Shown here: positions 1-10,128 of the stretch, piece by piece
Layout: every line of letters starts with the position of its first letter
Position numbering within the stretch: position 1 is the first letter of the stretch
Origin: a virus
IMG/VR virus record: IMGVR_UViG_3300018430_001101
Coordinates: 1-64,000 of that record
DNA: 64,000 nt
Direction: 5' to 3' (one strand)
The notes under the pieces: generated by a model
The model's input: only the letters and a program-made list of their open reading frames with translations
Told to the model about the DNA's origin: nothing
The model's database searches: none
Position numbers and translations under genes: made by a program

Positions 1-1210
1 CCGTCCACGCGCTGGGTGCCGATGAAGCCGACCTGGTCGTTCACCGCGTACAGCTCGTTCAGGCGGCGCATGGTGCGGTTGGTGCGGTCCGCGATCCAGT
101 AGTAGGAGAAGTCGCCGAACAGGATGACCTTCTTGTTGGCGTCCCTTGTGGCATCCCCCTCGATGGCCGGCATGTAGGTGCTGGTGTAGATGGGGTGGCC
201 GAGGATCGTGTCGGGCTTGCCGACCTCAAGGCCGGGCTTCCAGATGTAGTTGTCGTTCTTGTCCTTGATCAGCATCAGCTGCAGGAGCGCGGTCTCGTTG
301 CACAGGAACTTCGCCTTCCCACGGTAAGGGGCCTTAAGCGCGTAGAACAGCTTGTAGATGTCGTCGAAGGAGATGGTGCCGCTGTTTGCCGTCTTCACGG
401 AAGGCGTGGACAGGGTGGTCAGGATGCCGGTAGGCTCGGAAGGGGTAGTCGCGGGGTTCGCGGACACGCCCTTGCCGTTGATGAACGCGTCTTCCTCGGC
501 GTTGCCGAAGCGGACGCCGAAGCGCCTCGCGATGTGCGCGCCGATGTCGAAGGCGGAGTCGTTGAGCAGCTCGTTGGACACGCGGATCAGGCACCCCAGC
601 TTGAACGCGGACAACGTCTGGACGCTGAACGTCAGGTCGGACTCGCTGATGGCGTTCCCTTCCTCCACCCACGTCGCCTTGCCGTTGTCAGCCGCGATGG
701 GGATGGTGCGGGTGCCGCTGTTGGTGCGGATGACGTGCGCGAGGCCGCGGAAGACGTTGTTCTCCTCCAGCGCCTCCAGGAGCTGGCGGTGGAACTCGTC
801 AGGCACGGTGTAGCCGCCTGCGGTGTCCTCGCCAACGGACAGCGCGTTGCGGACTTCGAGGGAGACATTGCCGCGCATGTTGTCCCAGAAGGCGCGGCTG
901 TACTCGGCAGTCGCGGTGGGCGCAGTGCGCTCCTGGCCTCCCCTGGCGCCCATCATGCCTGCGGCATCGCCCACGGGGCTGTTCTGGACGGGGGCGGAAG
1001 TCGCCGCGGAGAGCTTCGCGTCCATGTCGGCCTGCTCCTCAAGCCGGGCGATCTCGTCGCCGAGGGCCCTCACGTCGGCGATCATCCTGTCGTACTGCTC
1101 GACCGCGGATGCTTCCACGAGGCCGTTGGAATCGCGGTGCTCCTCCAGGAAGGCCTTCGTCTGCTCCCAGAGCTGGTTCCTCTTGCTGCGCAGTTCCATG
1201 ATCTTGGTCA
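1..1210 (-). CDS. Major capsid protein, HK97 family (start ATG at 1210; C-terminus runs off window start)
   Basis: Manual translation of minus strand from 1210: MTKIMELRSKRNQLWEQTKAFLEE...GGYTVPDEFHRQLLEALEEN...; N-terminal coiled-coil delta-domain-like region and conserved GGY.VP motif typical of HK97-fold capsids; position after protease/portal. Not in ORF track because truncated. Confidence 0.8.
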
Positions 1211-1379
1211 TAGAATCCTCTTTCTCCGGCAAAAGCGTGCCGGACGCATGGTGATGTTTATTATTCTTTTGAAGCTATGCCCCTGTTCTTCTTTCCCGCT
1301 GCTCTTCACACATCTGTGAGACCGTGGATGGGAGGGGAAGGAAGGGAATCCAGGGCATAAAAAACAGCCCGAGCCCTGC

Positions 1380-2537
1380 TCACTTGAGCAGGTCGAGCTG
1401 GTTTTTCAGGATCTCGAACGGCATAGCGCCGTCCTGTGTCTTTCCGTCAAGGCCGATCACAGGAGGTATGTCTGCCAGGGGTACCTCCGCCGGTGTGTCT
1501 GCCGGGACATCCACCAGGGCTTCCACAGCCTGGGTGTCCACGGCTTCCTGCATCACTCCGTCTGCTGCCTCTGTATCCACAGTGCGGGCATCATCAGATG
1601 CGGCATCAGTGGAGCTTTCCACAGGCGTGTCTCCCACAGGCGTGTCTTCCACGGGGGAATCCGCCGGAGCGTCTCCCACAGGTTCAGCCGCCGGTGGCTG
1701 TGCCGCTGTTATCTGTGTTTCTGCTTCCGCCGTATCGGTAAAGCATCCCAGGCGGTTCAGGATGGTCTCACACATGATCCTTGTGGAAAAGAGCGAGGGC
1801 TCCGTTTCCCACAAGTCGGCGGATCCGGAAGCCAGGCTGATGCCCTTCTTCTTTTTGCTGCCGCCGTCATCCTTGCCGTTATCACTACCATCCTTGCCGC
1901 CGCCCTCTCCGTCTCCGTCTTTCTCAGGAGTCTCGGATCCGTCAGAACCTGTTCCAACTCCATCTTCCTGGTCTTCGTCAGGAGGATCAGGTTTCTTCCA
2001 CTCAAAAAGGATCTCGTCGGCAAAGCCGTACTCGACCGCCTTCTTTGCGTTCATCCAGGTCTCGTTCTCCATGAGCCTGGAGATCCGGTTCCTGGACAGC
2101 CCTGTCTTCGCGGCGTAGGCGTTGATGATCGACTGCTTGACCTCGTTCAGGGTCGTGATTGCCTTCTCCATGTCCTTCGCGTTGCCCATGGCGATGGTCA
2201 TGGGGTCGTGGATCATGATGACCGCCGTGGGAGAAACCTGCACTGTGTCCCCCGACATGGCGACGACGGAAGCCGCCGATGCCGCGATGGACGCGATCCT
2301 CACGGTGACATTGCCGGGATAGTCCCGGATCATCGTGTAGATCTCCGCGGCGGCGAACACATTGCCCCCGGGGGAATTGATCCACAGCGTGATGTCGCCT
2401 TCCTCCGCATACAGGTCGTCGCGGAATGCCCTGGGCGTCACCTCGTCACCCCAGAATGATTCCGAGTCAATCGGGCCTTCAAGGCGGAGCACCCTGCCGC
2501 CGTCCTCGTCCCTGATCCAGTTCCAGAACTTCTTCAT
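1380..2537 (-). CDS. ClpP-family (S14) prohead protease with long acidic/Pro-Thr-rich C-terminal extension (possible scaffold-like fusion)
   Basis: N-terminal ~190 aa shows ClpP-like motifs (INSPGGNVFAAAEIY, SIAASAASVVAMSGD, MIHDP); gene order portal-protease-capsid; 4-nt overlap with portal stop. Confidence 0.8.
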   Translation of the reverse strand: MKKFWNWIRDEDGGRVLRLEGPIDSESFWGDEVTPRAFRDDLYAEEGDITLWINSPGGNVFAAAEIYTMIRDYPGNVTVRIASIAASAASVVAMSGDTVQVSPTAVIMIHDPMTIAMGNAKDMEKAITTLNEVKQSIINAYAAKTGLSRNRISRLMENETWMNAKKAVEYGFADEILFEWKKPDPPDEDQEDGVGTGSDGSETPEKDGDGEGGGKDGSDNGKDDGGSKKKKGISLASGSADLWETEPSLFSTRIMCETILNRLGCFTDTAEAETQITAAQPPAAEPVGDAPADSPVEDTPVGDTPVESSTDAASDDARTVDTEAADGVMQEAVDTQAVEALVDVPADTPAEVPLADIPPVIGLDGKTQDGAMPFEILKNQLDLLK

Positions 2538-4132
2538 TCCTTCCTCGCTTTCCGGGGCTTCGTGCCCCGACTGCCGGCCTTCCGGCCCTTGCCGCTCCCG
2601 GCATCTTCCTTGCTGCTGCCCCCGTCTTCTCCGTCCTCTTCTTCAGCCTCCCCTCCTCCCTTCTCCGTCTGCTCTTCCTGACCCTCTTCCGGCTCACCTT
2701 CGGCTTTCTCCCTCTCCGCCACGGCATTGGCCCCGTAGGCGGATCCGGCATCCTTGAGCTTGACGTAGCTGCCGTTGAGATAGTAGTCATCCCCGCCTTC
2801 CTCTGCCGGTATCGGGTCGAGGTCTTCGAGCCTGCGGATGTCGTTGGGGCTCATGAAGCCGTTGGAGAACGCGACCGCGTAGCCGTCCATGCGGCTCTTG
2901 TAGTCGCCGCGCATCAGGCCGTCCACGTTGAACTTCGGGAAGTACTCGTCCTGCTCCTCCTCCACGAGGACGTCCTTGATAATGGCCTGCTCGATCCTGG
3001 TAAGCCAGGGCATCAGGGTGTGCATCACGAAGTCGATGGACTGGTGCTCTATGTTGTTGAAGGTCGCGCGTTTCAGGTCCTGCACCATATGAGGAGGCAC
3101 CCGGAAGATCCTGCAGATCTCCTCCACGCCGAACTCCCTCGTGGAAAGGAACTGCGAGTCCTCCGGCGGCAGGGAGATCGGCTTGTACGACATCCCCTCC
3201 TCTAAAACTGCCACCTTGTGGGCATTGTTCACACCGCCGTATGTGTCCATCCAGTTCTCCCGGATCCGCTCCGGGTTTTTAAGGACGTTCGGGTGCTCCA
3301 GGACGCCGACCGGCTGTGCACCGTTCTTAAAGAACGAAGACCCGTACTTCTCCACGGCGAGCATCGTCCCCAGGGAATTCTTCATCATGGCGATGGGACT
3401 GAAGCCTACAAGGCCGTTGAAGCCGAGGCCGGGAATGTGGAGGATCTCCTCCCTCCGGAAGATGATCTCCTTGTTCGTCTCCCCGGGCACCTCGTTCGTG
3501 TAGGCACGGTAGATGTAGTAGAGGTTCCCCGCGTCATCGCGGTCGATGTCCACGTTCTCGGGCAGGAGCGGGTACAGCCCCAGGACGCCGTTCTTCCCGT
3601 CCCTCACGATCTGCGCATAGGCGTTCCCCCACAGGAGGAGGTGCGTCATCATCGCCTCCCGGAAGGAGAAGCTCGTCATCTCCGGGTTGGGCTGCCGGTG
3701 GAGGATCTTGTACAGCGGGTGGTCCACTGCCATCTCCTTGCCCCTGCTTGTACCGGTTCCTCCGTGGTTCCTGCCACCGCTCTCGCCTCCCTTGCCGCCC
3801 TTACCGTCCCTGCCGCCGGAGCTGCCGGAGCTGGTGGAGCTGCCAGAGCCGCCGTCCGTGTACCTGTACAGGTGGAAGGGGAGCGCAGCCACGGACTCCG
3901 CGAGGAGCCGCACGCAGGCGTACACGGTGGAGATCTGGAGCGCCGCCTTCTCGTCCACGTTCTCGCCGCTCTGCGCCCTGCCGAAGGTAAAGATCGTACC
4001 CGAGTCGCGCACATCATCGTAAAAGTCCGGGATGTTTCCGATGCTCCCGTAGCCGTTCTTCGTGAACCTCCACAGCCCCGCCCCCGGCTCGTCCCTGGGC
4101 CTCCCAAAGCCCAGCCATTCAATGAATCCCAT
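2534..4132 (-). CDS. Phage portal protein (HK97-type)
   Basis: 532-aa ORF directly downstream of terminase large subunit; portal-like conserved core; contains Gly/Ser-rich insertion (GGSGSSTSSGSSGGRDGKGGKGGESGG). Confidence 0.8.
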   Translation of the reverse strand: MGFIEWLGFGRPRDEPGAGLWRFTKNGYGSIGNIPDFYDDVRDSGTIFTFGRAQSGENVDEKAALQISTVYACVRLLAESVAALPFHLYRYTDGGSGSSTSSGSSGGRDGKGGKGGESGGRNHGGTGTSRGKEMAVDHPLYKILHRQPNPEMTSFSFREAMMTHLLLWGNAYAQIVRDGKNGVLGLYPLLPENVDIDRDDAGNLYYIYRAYTNEVPGETNKEIIFRREEILHIPGLGFNGLVGFSPIAMMKNSLGTMLAVEKYGSSFFKNGAQPVGVLEHPNVLKNPERIRENWMDTYGGVNNAHKVAVLEEGMSYKPISLPPEDSQFLSTREFGVEEICRIFRVPPHMVQDLKRATFNNIEHQSIDFVMHTLMPWLTRIEQAIIKDVLVEEEQDEYFPKFNVDGLMRGDYKSRMDGYAVAFSNGFMSPNDIRRLEDLDPIPAEEGGDDYYLNGSYVKLKDAGSAYGANAVAEREKAEGEPEEGQEEQTEKGGGEAEEEDGEDGGSSKEDAGSGKGRKAGSRGTKPRKARKE

Positions 4133-4193
4133 GGTCCGTCACCTCCTGTTGTTCCTGTTACTCCTGCTGTTCCTGTTGTTCCTGTTACTCCTG

Positions 4194-4463
4194 TTATTCC
4201 TGCTCCCCGTAGTCTCCGGTATCTACAACATCCCCGGCATCCGTTCCTGCCGGGACAGTCTGCGTTTCAAACTCCCTCGCCACTATGCGGGCAAGCACCC
4301 TGCGGATCTGCCCTGCGTCTTCCACAGTGGCCGTCCCGTTCAGGATGACATCCCGGAAGACTGTGAGCAGCTCCCTCTTCTGCGGGTTCGTGAGTTCCTT
4401 TTTCTTCAGATCCACCAGTTCCATCTCCATTCCCTCCGATCTGCAGCCTCTGTCGTTGCCCAC
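4194..4463 (-). CDS. Hypothetical protein
   Basis: 89-aa ORF between terminase and portal, coding-like composition; no recognised family. Confidence 0.35.
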   Translation of the reverse strand: MGNDRGCRSEGMEMELVDLKKKELTNPQKRELLTVFRDVILNGTATVEDAGQIRRVLARIVAREFETQTVPAGTDAGDVVDTGDYGEQE

Positions 4464-4469
4464 AGCTGT

Positions 4470-4685
4470 TTACTTCACTCCGATCAGGCTCCTGAACACT
4501 GACTCATACTGCCTCTTCGTCAAGAACAGCATCTTCGGATGGTACGCCTCCCGTGCGTGCTCCCGGATTACCTTGTCCACTTCCTCCGGGGCAAAGTCGC
4601 GTCTGTCGTAGAGCGCGACCTTCTCCGTTACGGGGCCGTCCCCGTACTGCTCCGTGTATTCCGTCTTGAAGATTTGGTGCTTCAT
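4470..4685 (-). CDS. Hypothetical small protein (internal ATG start MKHQIFKTEY...)
   Basis: ORF 4470..4826 overlaps terminase 3' end; internal Met at 4685 gives non-overlapping 71-aa product. Confidence 0.35.
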   Translation of the reverse strand: MKHQIFKTEYTEQYGDGPVTEKVALYDRRDFAPEEVDKVIREHAREAYHPKMLFLTKRQYESVFRSLIGVK

Positions 4686-4765
4686 AGTTCCTGTCCCTCC
4701 CTTTTCCCTCCCCACTTTGTAAAGTGGTATTCCTGTGGCGTGTCCAACTACCGCAGCCGGATTGG

Positions 4766-7486
4766 TCAGAACACATACAGCCCGCGTTCGTCGTACACGC
4801 TGCCCTGCTGTTCGTGCCTGACGCACCGGTCGAGGGCCATGATTGCGGCGACCACGCCGTCGATCTTTCCATTGCTGCGCTTCTTTGTGGGCTTTATATT
4901 GCCCGCCGGATCAACATCGATGACAACATTGCCACACATCCATCTGAATACCGGGTTTCCCCCATGCAGGATGTTTCCCTTCATCATCTGCTCATAGAAC
5001 TCTTTGGATGGCGCACTCATGCTGGAATAGCCCTGTCCGAAAGGGACGACAGTCATTCCCATCTCAGTCAGCCGCTCTACAAGCATGTTGGATCCCCACC
5101 TGTCAAACGCGATCTCGCAGATGTGGTACGACTGCGACATCTCCCCGATTGCCTTCTCGATATAGGCATAGTCGATAACGTTGCCCGGAGTGGAGTCCAG
5201 ATACCCCCTTGCCTTCCAGGCATCATACGGATACCCTGTCTGCCTGACCCTCCGGGGGATCGTTTCCTCCGGCACCCAGAACCGGAATAGGAGGATGTAT
5301 TTCTCGTTTTCCGTCCTGGGTGGGAACATCAGCGCCATTGCTGTAATGTCCTCTGAACTTGACAGGTCCAGGCCAGCGTAACAATCCCTCCCATAAAGCG
5401 AGGGCATGTCGATTGGCTCATCCCCTTTCGCCACAATGGAATCCGGGATCCACGCAACAGAACTCCCGACCCATTGGTTCAGCCGCAGCCATCTGAAAGT
5501 GACTTCATCAGCTGGATTCTGCAGGGCTTCATTAAAGGCATCACGCATGCGGTCGATCTTGACGGTGTATCCAAGCGACGGGTTGACTTTGTACCAGTTG
5601 CGCTCATCAGTCCAGTCCTCGTCCATGTCGAGGCTGTAGACCACCGGGTAAAATGACGGGTCAGACCTTTTACCGGCAAGTATGTCCTTCGCCTTGGTGT
5701 GCAGCTCATAACCTATTGAATCCCGGTTATTCCCCGCTGTCGTTATGATGAATGCCAGCGGGTTGCGGCGGGCATCGGACGCCCCTTTCGTCAGGACGTC
5801 GTATAATTCCCTGTTGGGCAAGGCGTGTATTTCATCAAAGACAAGCCCTGATACATTCAGCCCGTGCTTTGTGTTGTGCGTAATAAGCCCGTCCGTGCAG
5901 TGCGTCTGGAACCTCTCCATTTCAAATGAGATGGTCTTCCTCATTCCTGCCGGTTCCGCTTTCCAGACCTTGTCTGACTCGGACGCCCGCTGCAGGCATC
6001 TGATTTCCCGTCCGGCAAGCTTTTCCAGCCTTCTGCGCTTTGATGGCTGCACCATGTATGGGGATAGTGCCTCCCACAGTTTTCTCAGCTGGGGAATTCC
6101 GGACACTGTCACCTTGAATTCTGACCTTGTCGAAGCATTGATCCCAAGGCGGGCCAGGAGCACCCGAACCTGTTCTATCGCATCCGCGCTGACAGAGCAG
6201 ATGAACGCCTGCCCTTTCCCTTTCGGATCCTGTTTCGTAACGCACCCGTCCGTATCCATGTATCCGGCGAGGAATGCGGACCACGCCTCGCGCCCTCCCC
6301 GCAGCACTGCGTCAGGAACTGTTTTTGTATAGCATTTGGAATCCTGGCCGAAGTGCTCCCTGATCCATTCCCGCCCAGGGCTCTTCCGCCTTTTTCCAAC
6401 GCCCATCACAAGATGCTCGACTGGATCCTGGTACAGGTCCTTCCCCTCCTGCTTCTGCCTCGTTGAGTAAACGGATTTCATGCCGCTTCCGATGCTTTCG
6501 AAGAAATGGGAGAGCTTGTCAATTACTTCCCTGTCCGGATTGATGAACCTGAAATGCGTGCAGTCCCCGTCTCCCATCCACGCGCCGAGCGCCCACGCTT
6601 CCAGAGGGCTGATGACGTCTTCCGGCGGCTTCCACCCTGTAGGCCAGCCAAGGCTGACGGCAAGGCGGTCATTCACATGCAGGAAGGATGCCTGCTCCCA
6701 GTCGTACACATGCGTCAGATCCTGCATCCGCCTCCCTGGCTCCATACGGTAGAAGGGATGGTTTGCGGAAACCGTGGTCTTCCTGCCGTGATGGGTCGTT
6801 ATCTCTATGGTTTCAGACGGTTCCTCTTCCCTGGCTGAAATGATTCTGTCAAATACCGGGGCAAGGCCGTCAAAAGAAAGAACCACGTCCCCTGGTTTCA
6901 CTTCATCGGCCCTTCGGAGCGTCCCGTCCTCCATCTGCATAAGGGTCTCCGGCGTGACGCACCCCACCTCTGCGGACAGCACCTGGTAGAACCCGGCATT
7001 GCTGTAGTTCACGAGCCTCTTTGTTGCCGCCATGATCTTCGAGCGTTTAAGCAGCGCAGGGTTCAGTTCCACCATCCGCTTCGCAGTGTCAAACACGATG
7101 GACGCCTGGGACCGGTCTGAGGCCGCGCCGTACACTTCGGCAGAAGGCTCATTATCTGCGTACAGGAGGTACAGCGCGATGGCTGCAGCAAGCTCCGACT
7201 TCCCGACCTTCTTACATATCTCCACAAATGCCGTGCGGAACTGCCTTGTACCGTCCTCTTTCACGACGCCTATGACATCCCTGACCAGCCTTTCCTGCCA
7301 CGGGAGGAGCCAGAACCGCTTCCCGGCCCACTCCCCTTTTGTATGGCAGAGCATCTCTATGAACTTCACTGCCCTGTCGGCTTTCTCTTTGTCATAATGC
7401 GACGTCGGGAGCATGAACCGTGTCGGCTCATAGTTCTCCAGTTTTGGGTATCCCTCCGGCCTCGTTTCCGGCTGCCTTCCTGCCAT
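4766..7486 (-). CDS. terL: Terminase large subunit, interrupted by a LAGLIDADG intein
   Basis: Walker A-like KKVGKSEL, then intein, then Walker B LVFDEIHAL; C-terminal nuclease domain; adjacent to P27-type small subunit and portal. Confidence 0.9.
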   Translation of the reverse strand: MAGRQPETRPEGYPKLENYEPTRFMLPTSHYDKEKADRAVKFIEMLCHTKGEWAGKRFWLLPWQERLVRDVIGVVKEDGTRQFRTAFVEICKKVGKSELAAAIALYLLYADNEPSAEVYGAASDRSQASIVFDTAKRMVELNPALLKRSKIMAATKRLVNYSNAGFYQVLSAEVGCVTPETLMQMEDGTLRRADEVKPGDVVLSFDGLAPVFDRIISAREEEPSETIEITTHHGRKTTVSANHPFYRMEPGRRMQDLTHVYDWEQASFLHVNDRLAVSLGWPTGWKPPEDVISPLEAWALGAWMGDGDCTHFRFINPDREVIDKLSHFFESIGSGMKSVYSTRQKQEGKDLYQDPVEHLVMGVGKRRKSPGREWIREHFGQDSKCYTKTVPDAVLRGGREAWSAFLAGYMDTDGCVTKQDPKGKGQAFICSVSADAIEQVRVLLARLGINASTRSEFKVTVSGIPQLRKLWEALSPYMVQPSKRRRLEKLAGREIRCLQRASESDKVWKAEPAGMRKTISFEMERFQTHCTDGLITHNTKHGLNVSGLVFDEIHALPNRELYDVLTKGASDARRNPLAFIITTAGNNRDSIGYELHTKAKDILAGKRSDPSFYPVVYSLDMDEDWTDERNWYKVNPSLGYTVKIDRMRDAFNEALQNPADEVTFRWLRLNQWVGSSVAWIPDSIVAKGDEPIDMPSLYGRDCYAGLDLSSSEDITAMALMFPPRTENEKYILLFRFWVPEETIPRRVRQTGYPYDAWKARGYLDSTPGNVIDYAYIEKAIGEMSQSYHICEIAFDRWGSNMLVERLTEMGMTVVPFGQGYSSMSAPSKEFYEQMMKGNILHGGNPVFRWMCGNVVIDVDPAGNIKPTKKRSNGKIDGVVAAIMALDRCVRHEQQGSVYDERGLYVF
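5873..6961 (-). mobile_element. Intein (363 aa) in TerL with LAGLIDADG homing-endonuclease motifs
   Basis: Starts with Cys directly after FYQVLSAEVG (CVTPETLMQMEDG..., codon 6959-6961 verified); ends ...GLITHN followed by Thr +1 (Asn codon 5873-5875 verified). Two LAGLIDADG motifs (AWALGAWMGDGDC, AFLAGYMDTDGCV). Inserted between Walker A and Walker B of the ATPase. Confidence 0.8.
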
Positions 7487-7561
7487 GTGCTCCTCCTGCC
7501 CCGTTCAATAGTCCTGCCAATGCCTGCCTGGTTCAGTGCTGCGCTGCCGGAGGTGGCTCCT

Positions 7562-8026
7562 TTAATCTCCCAGCAGCTCGTCCATCTCGTCCGTATGCCC
7601 GCCGTTCCCCTCGGCGATGATCCGGCTCCTGGCGGAGGGGGTGAGCCCCATCTGCTCCGCGCATCGGGTCATCAGCCTCGCGTAGTTCTGCGCGATGGCG
7701 ACCTGCGGGAACTGCTGCGGGTACCTTGACGGGGTCATGTAAAAGAGGCCCCGCTCGGACAGGAAGTCCTCTGCCTGCTTCCACCTTGCGTAGGCGAGGC
7801 AGTAGGTGGCAAACACGCCCATGTCCAGTTCCGTGAGGACGCCCAGGGCTTCGAGCTTTTTCGAGAGCCTTCGCCATTCCTTCTTTCCCTCGGCGGGCAG
7901 CCACTTCGGGCACGGCGGCGCTTTCCTTACCGGCATCGGCTCCGCCCTGTTCAGCTCCCGCTTGCCGGGGTTCCCTTCAAGTACCTTGATCGCCGTCGGC
8001 GTCGGCTTCCTCCCCCTCTGCGCCAT
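7562..8026 (-). CDS. terS: Terminase small subunit, P27 family
   Basis: N-terminus MAQRGRKPTPTAIKVLEGNPGKRELN matches P27-family signature (GRKP.P...K.L.GNPGKR); SD GAGGAGG upstream; immediately upstream of terL. Confidence 0.8.
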   Translation of the reverse strand: MAQRGRKPTPTAIKVLEGNPGKRELNRAEPMPVRKAPPCPKWLPAEGKKEWRRLSKKLEALGVLTELDMGVFATYCLAYARWKQAEDFLSERGLFYMTPSRYPQQFPQVAIAQNYARLMTRCAEQMGLTPSARSRIIAEGNGGHTDEMDELLGD

Positions 8027-8216
8027 TCCCTTACCTCCTCAATCTGTGCCGCTGTGTCTCCCACAGGCTCCGTGTTTATTCCTGCCAGCCCCTCTGCCGT
8101 CCTGCTGCAGGTCATCTGCATCAAAAAAGGACCTGCGGCTGTTGCCGTAGATCCTCTGCTGTGTGTTTATCTTCTTTTCCCGGATGCCCGTGCCGTCGGC
8201 CTTCGTGGCCTGCTGC

Positions 8217-8375
8217 TCACACGAAGGGCAGCTCGTCAAGCTCCTCGTCCCATTCTTCCGGAAGTTCAGGATGTTCCGATTTCTCCGGTTCCCAGTCCTC
8301 CGGCGGCTCCGGCTCCCAGAACCTGCTGGGAAGCTCGCTCCTCACCGGTACAAGCTCTTTTCTCTGTTCTGCCAT
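8217..8375 (-). CDS. Hypothetical small acidic protein
   Basis: 52-aa product from internal ATG preceded by AGAGGAGGA SD; Trp/Glu/Pro-rich. Confidence 0.3.
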   Translation of the reverse strand: MAEQRKELVPVRSELPSRFWEPEPPEDWEPEKSEHPELPEEWDEELDELPFV

Positions 8376-8527
8376 CTCTTTGTCCTCCTCTGTTTTCTTC
8401 TGCTGTTGTTTCGGTTGCTGTGTCTGTATCTGCCTTGCCCTTGCTGTCCTGGTCCGGAAGGAGCGGCCCTTAAAACCGCCCCGTACTCTTTTGCCTCTGG
8501 CACCCTGCCCCATGCTGGCGGAATTTT

Positions 8528-8851
8528 TTAAATCCTGAAGGTGTAGGTGAGGTCCATCGCCTGCAGTTCCTTAAGCAGCTCCGCGCCACGCCTGATCTCG
8601 TCCGCCGTCCTGAGCAGTTCCTCGGCCGAAGGGCTGCCGCCCATCTTCCGGACGCTTGCCGCGACGTTCAGTTTTTCCTCGATGCGGCCTTCCCGCCAAT
8701 CGGTGTTCTCCGTGGCCTCGGTAGTAATGGTGAAGTTCATCTCATCGCTCAGGATCTCCGGGAATCCGCTCCATCCGGCCGCCTTGCCAGTCTCGAATCC
8801 GTGCCGCTCCGCTGCCTTTCTGACCGCTTCCCTTGCCTCTGTCCTTGTCAT
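8528..8851 (-). CDS. Hypothetical protein
   Basis: ATG at 8851 preceded by AAGGAGGG SD, downstream of promoter repeat copy A; the ORF-track N-terminal extension is translation of the repeat itself. Confidence 0.5.
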   Translation of the reverse strand: MTRTEAREAVRKAAERHGFETGKAAGWSGFPEILSDEMNFTITTEATENTDWREGRIEEKLNVAASVRKMGGSPSAEELLRTADEIRRGAELLKELQAMDLTYTFRI

Positions 8852-8936
8852 GTCCTTGCCCTCCTTTTGTTTTTTCATGCCCTGTGGTTGTTTCTGCTCG
8901 GTGGTCTTTCGCCGCTCCGGGGCTTTTGCTTTTTCC

Positions 8937-9013
8937 CCTTTCGGTATGTGCATATTAGCGTCATGTGGGGAGAATAGCCACGCCTGTGGGGAAAATAGAT
9001 CCCACAAAGATTG
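8937..9013 (-). promoter_or_regulatory. Conserved promoter repeat, copy A
   Basis: Consensus (transcript sense) TCTTTGTGnAATGTATTTTGCCCnCAGGCG-TGGATA-[12 variable nt]-GACGC-TAATAT-GCACATACCGAAAGG; -35-like hexamer, 17-nt spacer, -10 TAATAT. Confidence 0.65.
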
Positions 9014-9211
9014 AAAGCCACATCGCGCCTGCTTCTGGTGGTTGTGCACAGTCTGTGGATGTCGCACGGAGGACAAAGGAAAGCGGCTGCGCCTCCCCTT
9101 TCCGGGCCTATCAGCCGGTTTCCTTCACCCTCTGTGTTTCCTGCGGCGTTCCTGTACCGTCCCTGCGCTTTTTTTCGCCTGTTCCTTCCTCCGGTGACTG
9201 GAAGAACTGCC

Positions 9212-9526
9212 TCACTGGAAGTTGCCCCTGTAGATGTCGTAGGCGGCGAGGAACTTGGTGCGCCAGTCCCTGTTCTGCGTCTCAAGCCCGTAAGCTATGG
9301 CGTTCGCCATCCAGTACTCCATCCATCTCTTTGCCTCTTCTTCCGTACAGGACATCGTAAGCTCGATGAAGGTTTCTTTGCAGTCAGTGTAGTCTCCGCT
9401 CTGCCGCAGTGTTTTCTCCTTGTCGTGGTAGTCGATCAGGAAGGCAAGCATCCTGATGTCGTATGCCCCCGCTTTCGCCTTCGCAGTGAAGTCTGCGTCA
9501 AACCTCGTGAATTCGTATGCGTTCAT
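9212..9526 (-). CDS. Hypothetical protein
   Basis: 104-aa product MNAYEFTRFDADF...; start chosen at ATG after basic antisense-like N-extension. Confidence 0.45.
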   Translation of the reverse strand: MNAYEFTRFDADFTAKAKAGAYDIRMLAFLIDYHDKEKTLRQSGDYTDCKETFIELTMSCTEEEAKRWMEYWMANAIAYGLETQNRDWRTKFLAAYDIYRGNFQ

Positions 9527-9594
9527 TTCTTTCCTTTCCCAGCCTTTGCTGTGTGCTTTGTTTCTGCGGTTCTGCCCTGGTCTCCGTACCCTGC

Positions 9595-9885
9595 TCAACC
9601 CTGCGTCATCGCCCACATTGCGGCGCTTCCGTCGTCCTCGAATTCGACCGCGCTTGCTGCCCTCAGCCCGATGGTGCCTTCGCAGGTGTGGTCTTCGGTC
9701 AGGAATTCGTAGGCGGCCCCGAAGTAGCAGGGCTTTCCTTTCCCGCTGTAGTAATGCCCCGCGAGGATCACCCTGTCCCCGAAGGTCAGCACCTTTGACC
9801 ACCTGGTTTCCAGGTCTTCCGGCGTTGTGGGGTTCGGCAGCCTGTAGGTCCTCATTGCTTCTTTGATCGTCATCGTTTTTTCCAT
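9595..9885 (-). CDS. Hypothetical protein
   Basis: Start MEKTMTIKEAMRTYR at 9885 downstream of repeat copy B; upstream ORF-track extension is repeat-derived. Confidence 0.5.
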   Translation of the reverse strand: MEKTMTIKEAMRTYRLPNPTTPEDLETRWSKVLTFGDRVILAGHYYSGKGKPCYFGAAYEFLTEDHTCEGTIGLRAASAVEFEDDGSAAMWAMTQG

Positions 9886-9940
9886 CCTTTCCGCTTCCGC
9901 TGTGTTCCGCTTCCGCTGTGCTTTGTTTTCCTCTGTCTTC

Positions 9941-10016
9941 CCTTTCGGTATGTGCATATTAGCGTCATGTCCGCTGGATAGCCACGCCCTGCGGCAAAAT
10001 AAACTGCACAATCTTT
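9941..10016 (-). promoter_or_regulatory. Conserved promoter repeat, copy B
   Basis: CCTTTCGGTATGTGCATATTAGCGTCATG...GCCACGCCCTGCGGCAAAATAAACTGCACAATCTTTC on plus strand. Confidence 0.65.
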
Positions 10017-10128
10017 CAGGGCTGGATCTGGTGGTTCTGCACAGTCTGCGGATGCCCCGCGCAGGGCATAGAGAAACCGGCTGTGCACCCCCTTCAGAAG
10101 GTGCAGGCCGGTTCCCGGTGGTTTCCCT

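Noticed and set aside
195-1319. 374-aa plus-strand ORF
   Set aside because: Antisense frame of the minus-strand capsid gene; Arg/Leu/Val/Gly-rich composition typical of reverse-frame artefacts in high-GC DNA.
3218-4348. 376-aa plus-strand ORF
   Set aside because: Antisense of the portal gene, which has clear homology-style features; the plus frame has none.
8528-9076. 182-aa ORF-track protein with the N-terminal motif SPHDANMHIPKG recurring in three other ORFs
   Set aside because: The shared peptide is the translation of the DNA promoter repeat. The real genes start at internal ATGs with Shine-Dalgarno sites downstream of the repeat.
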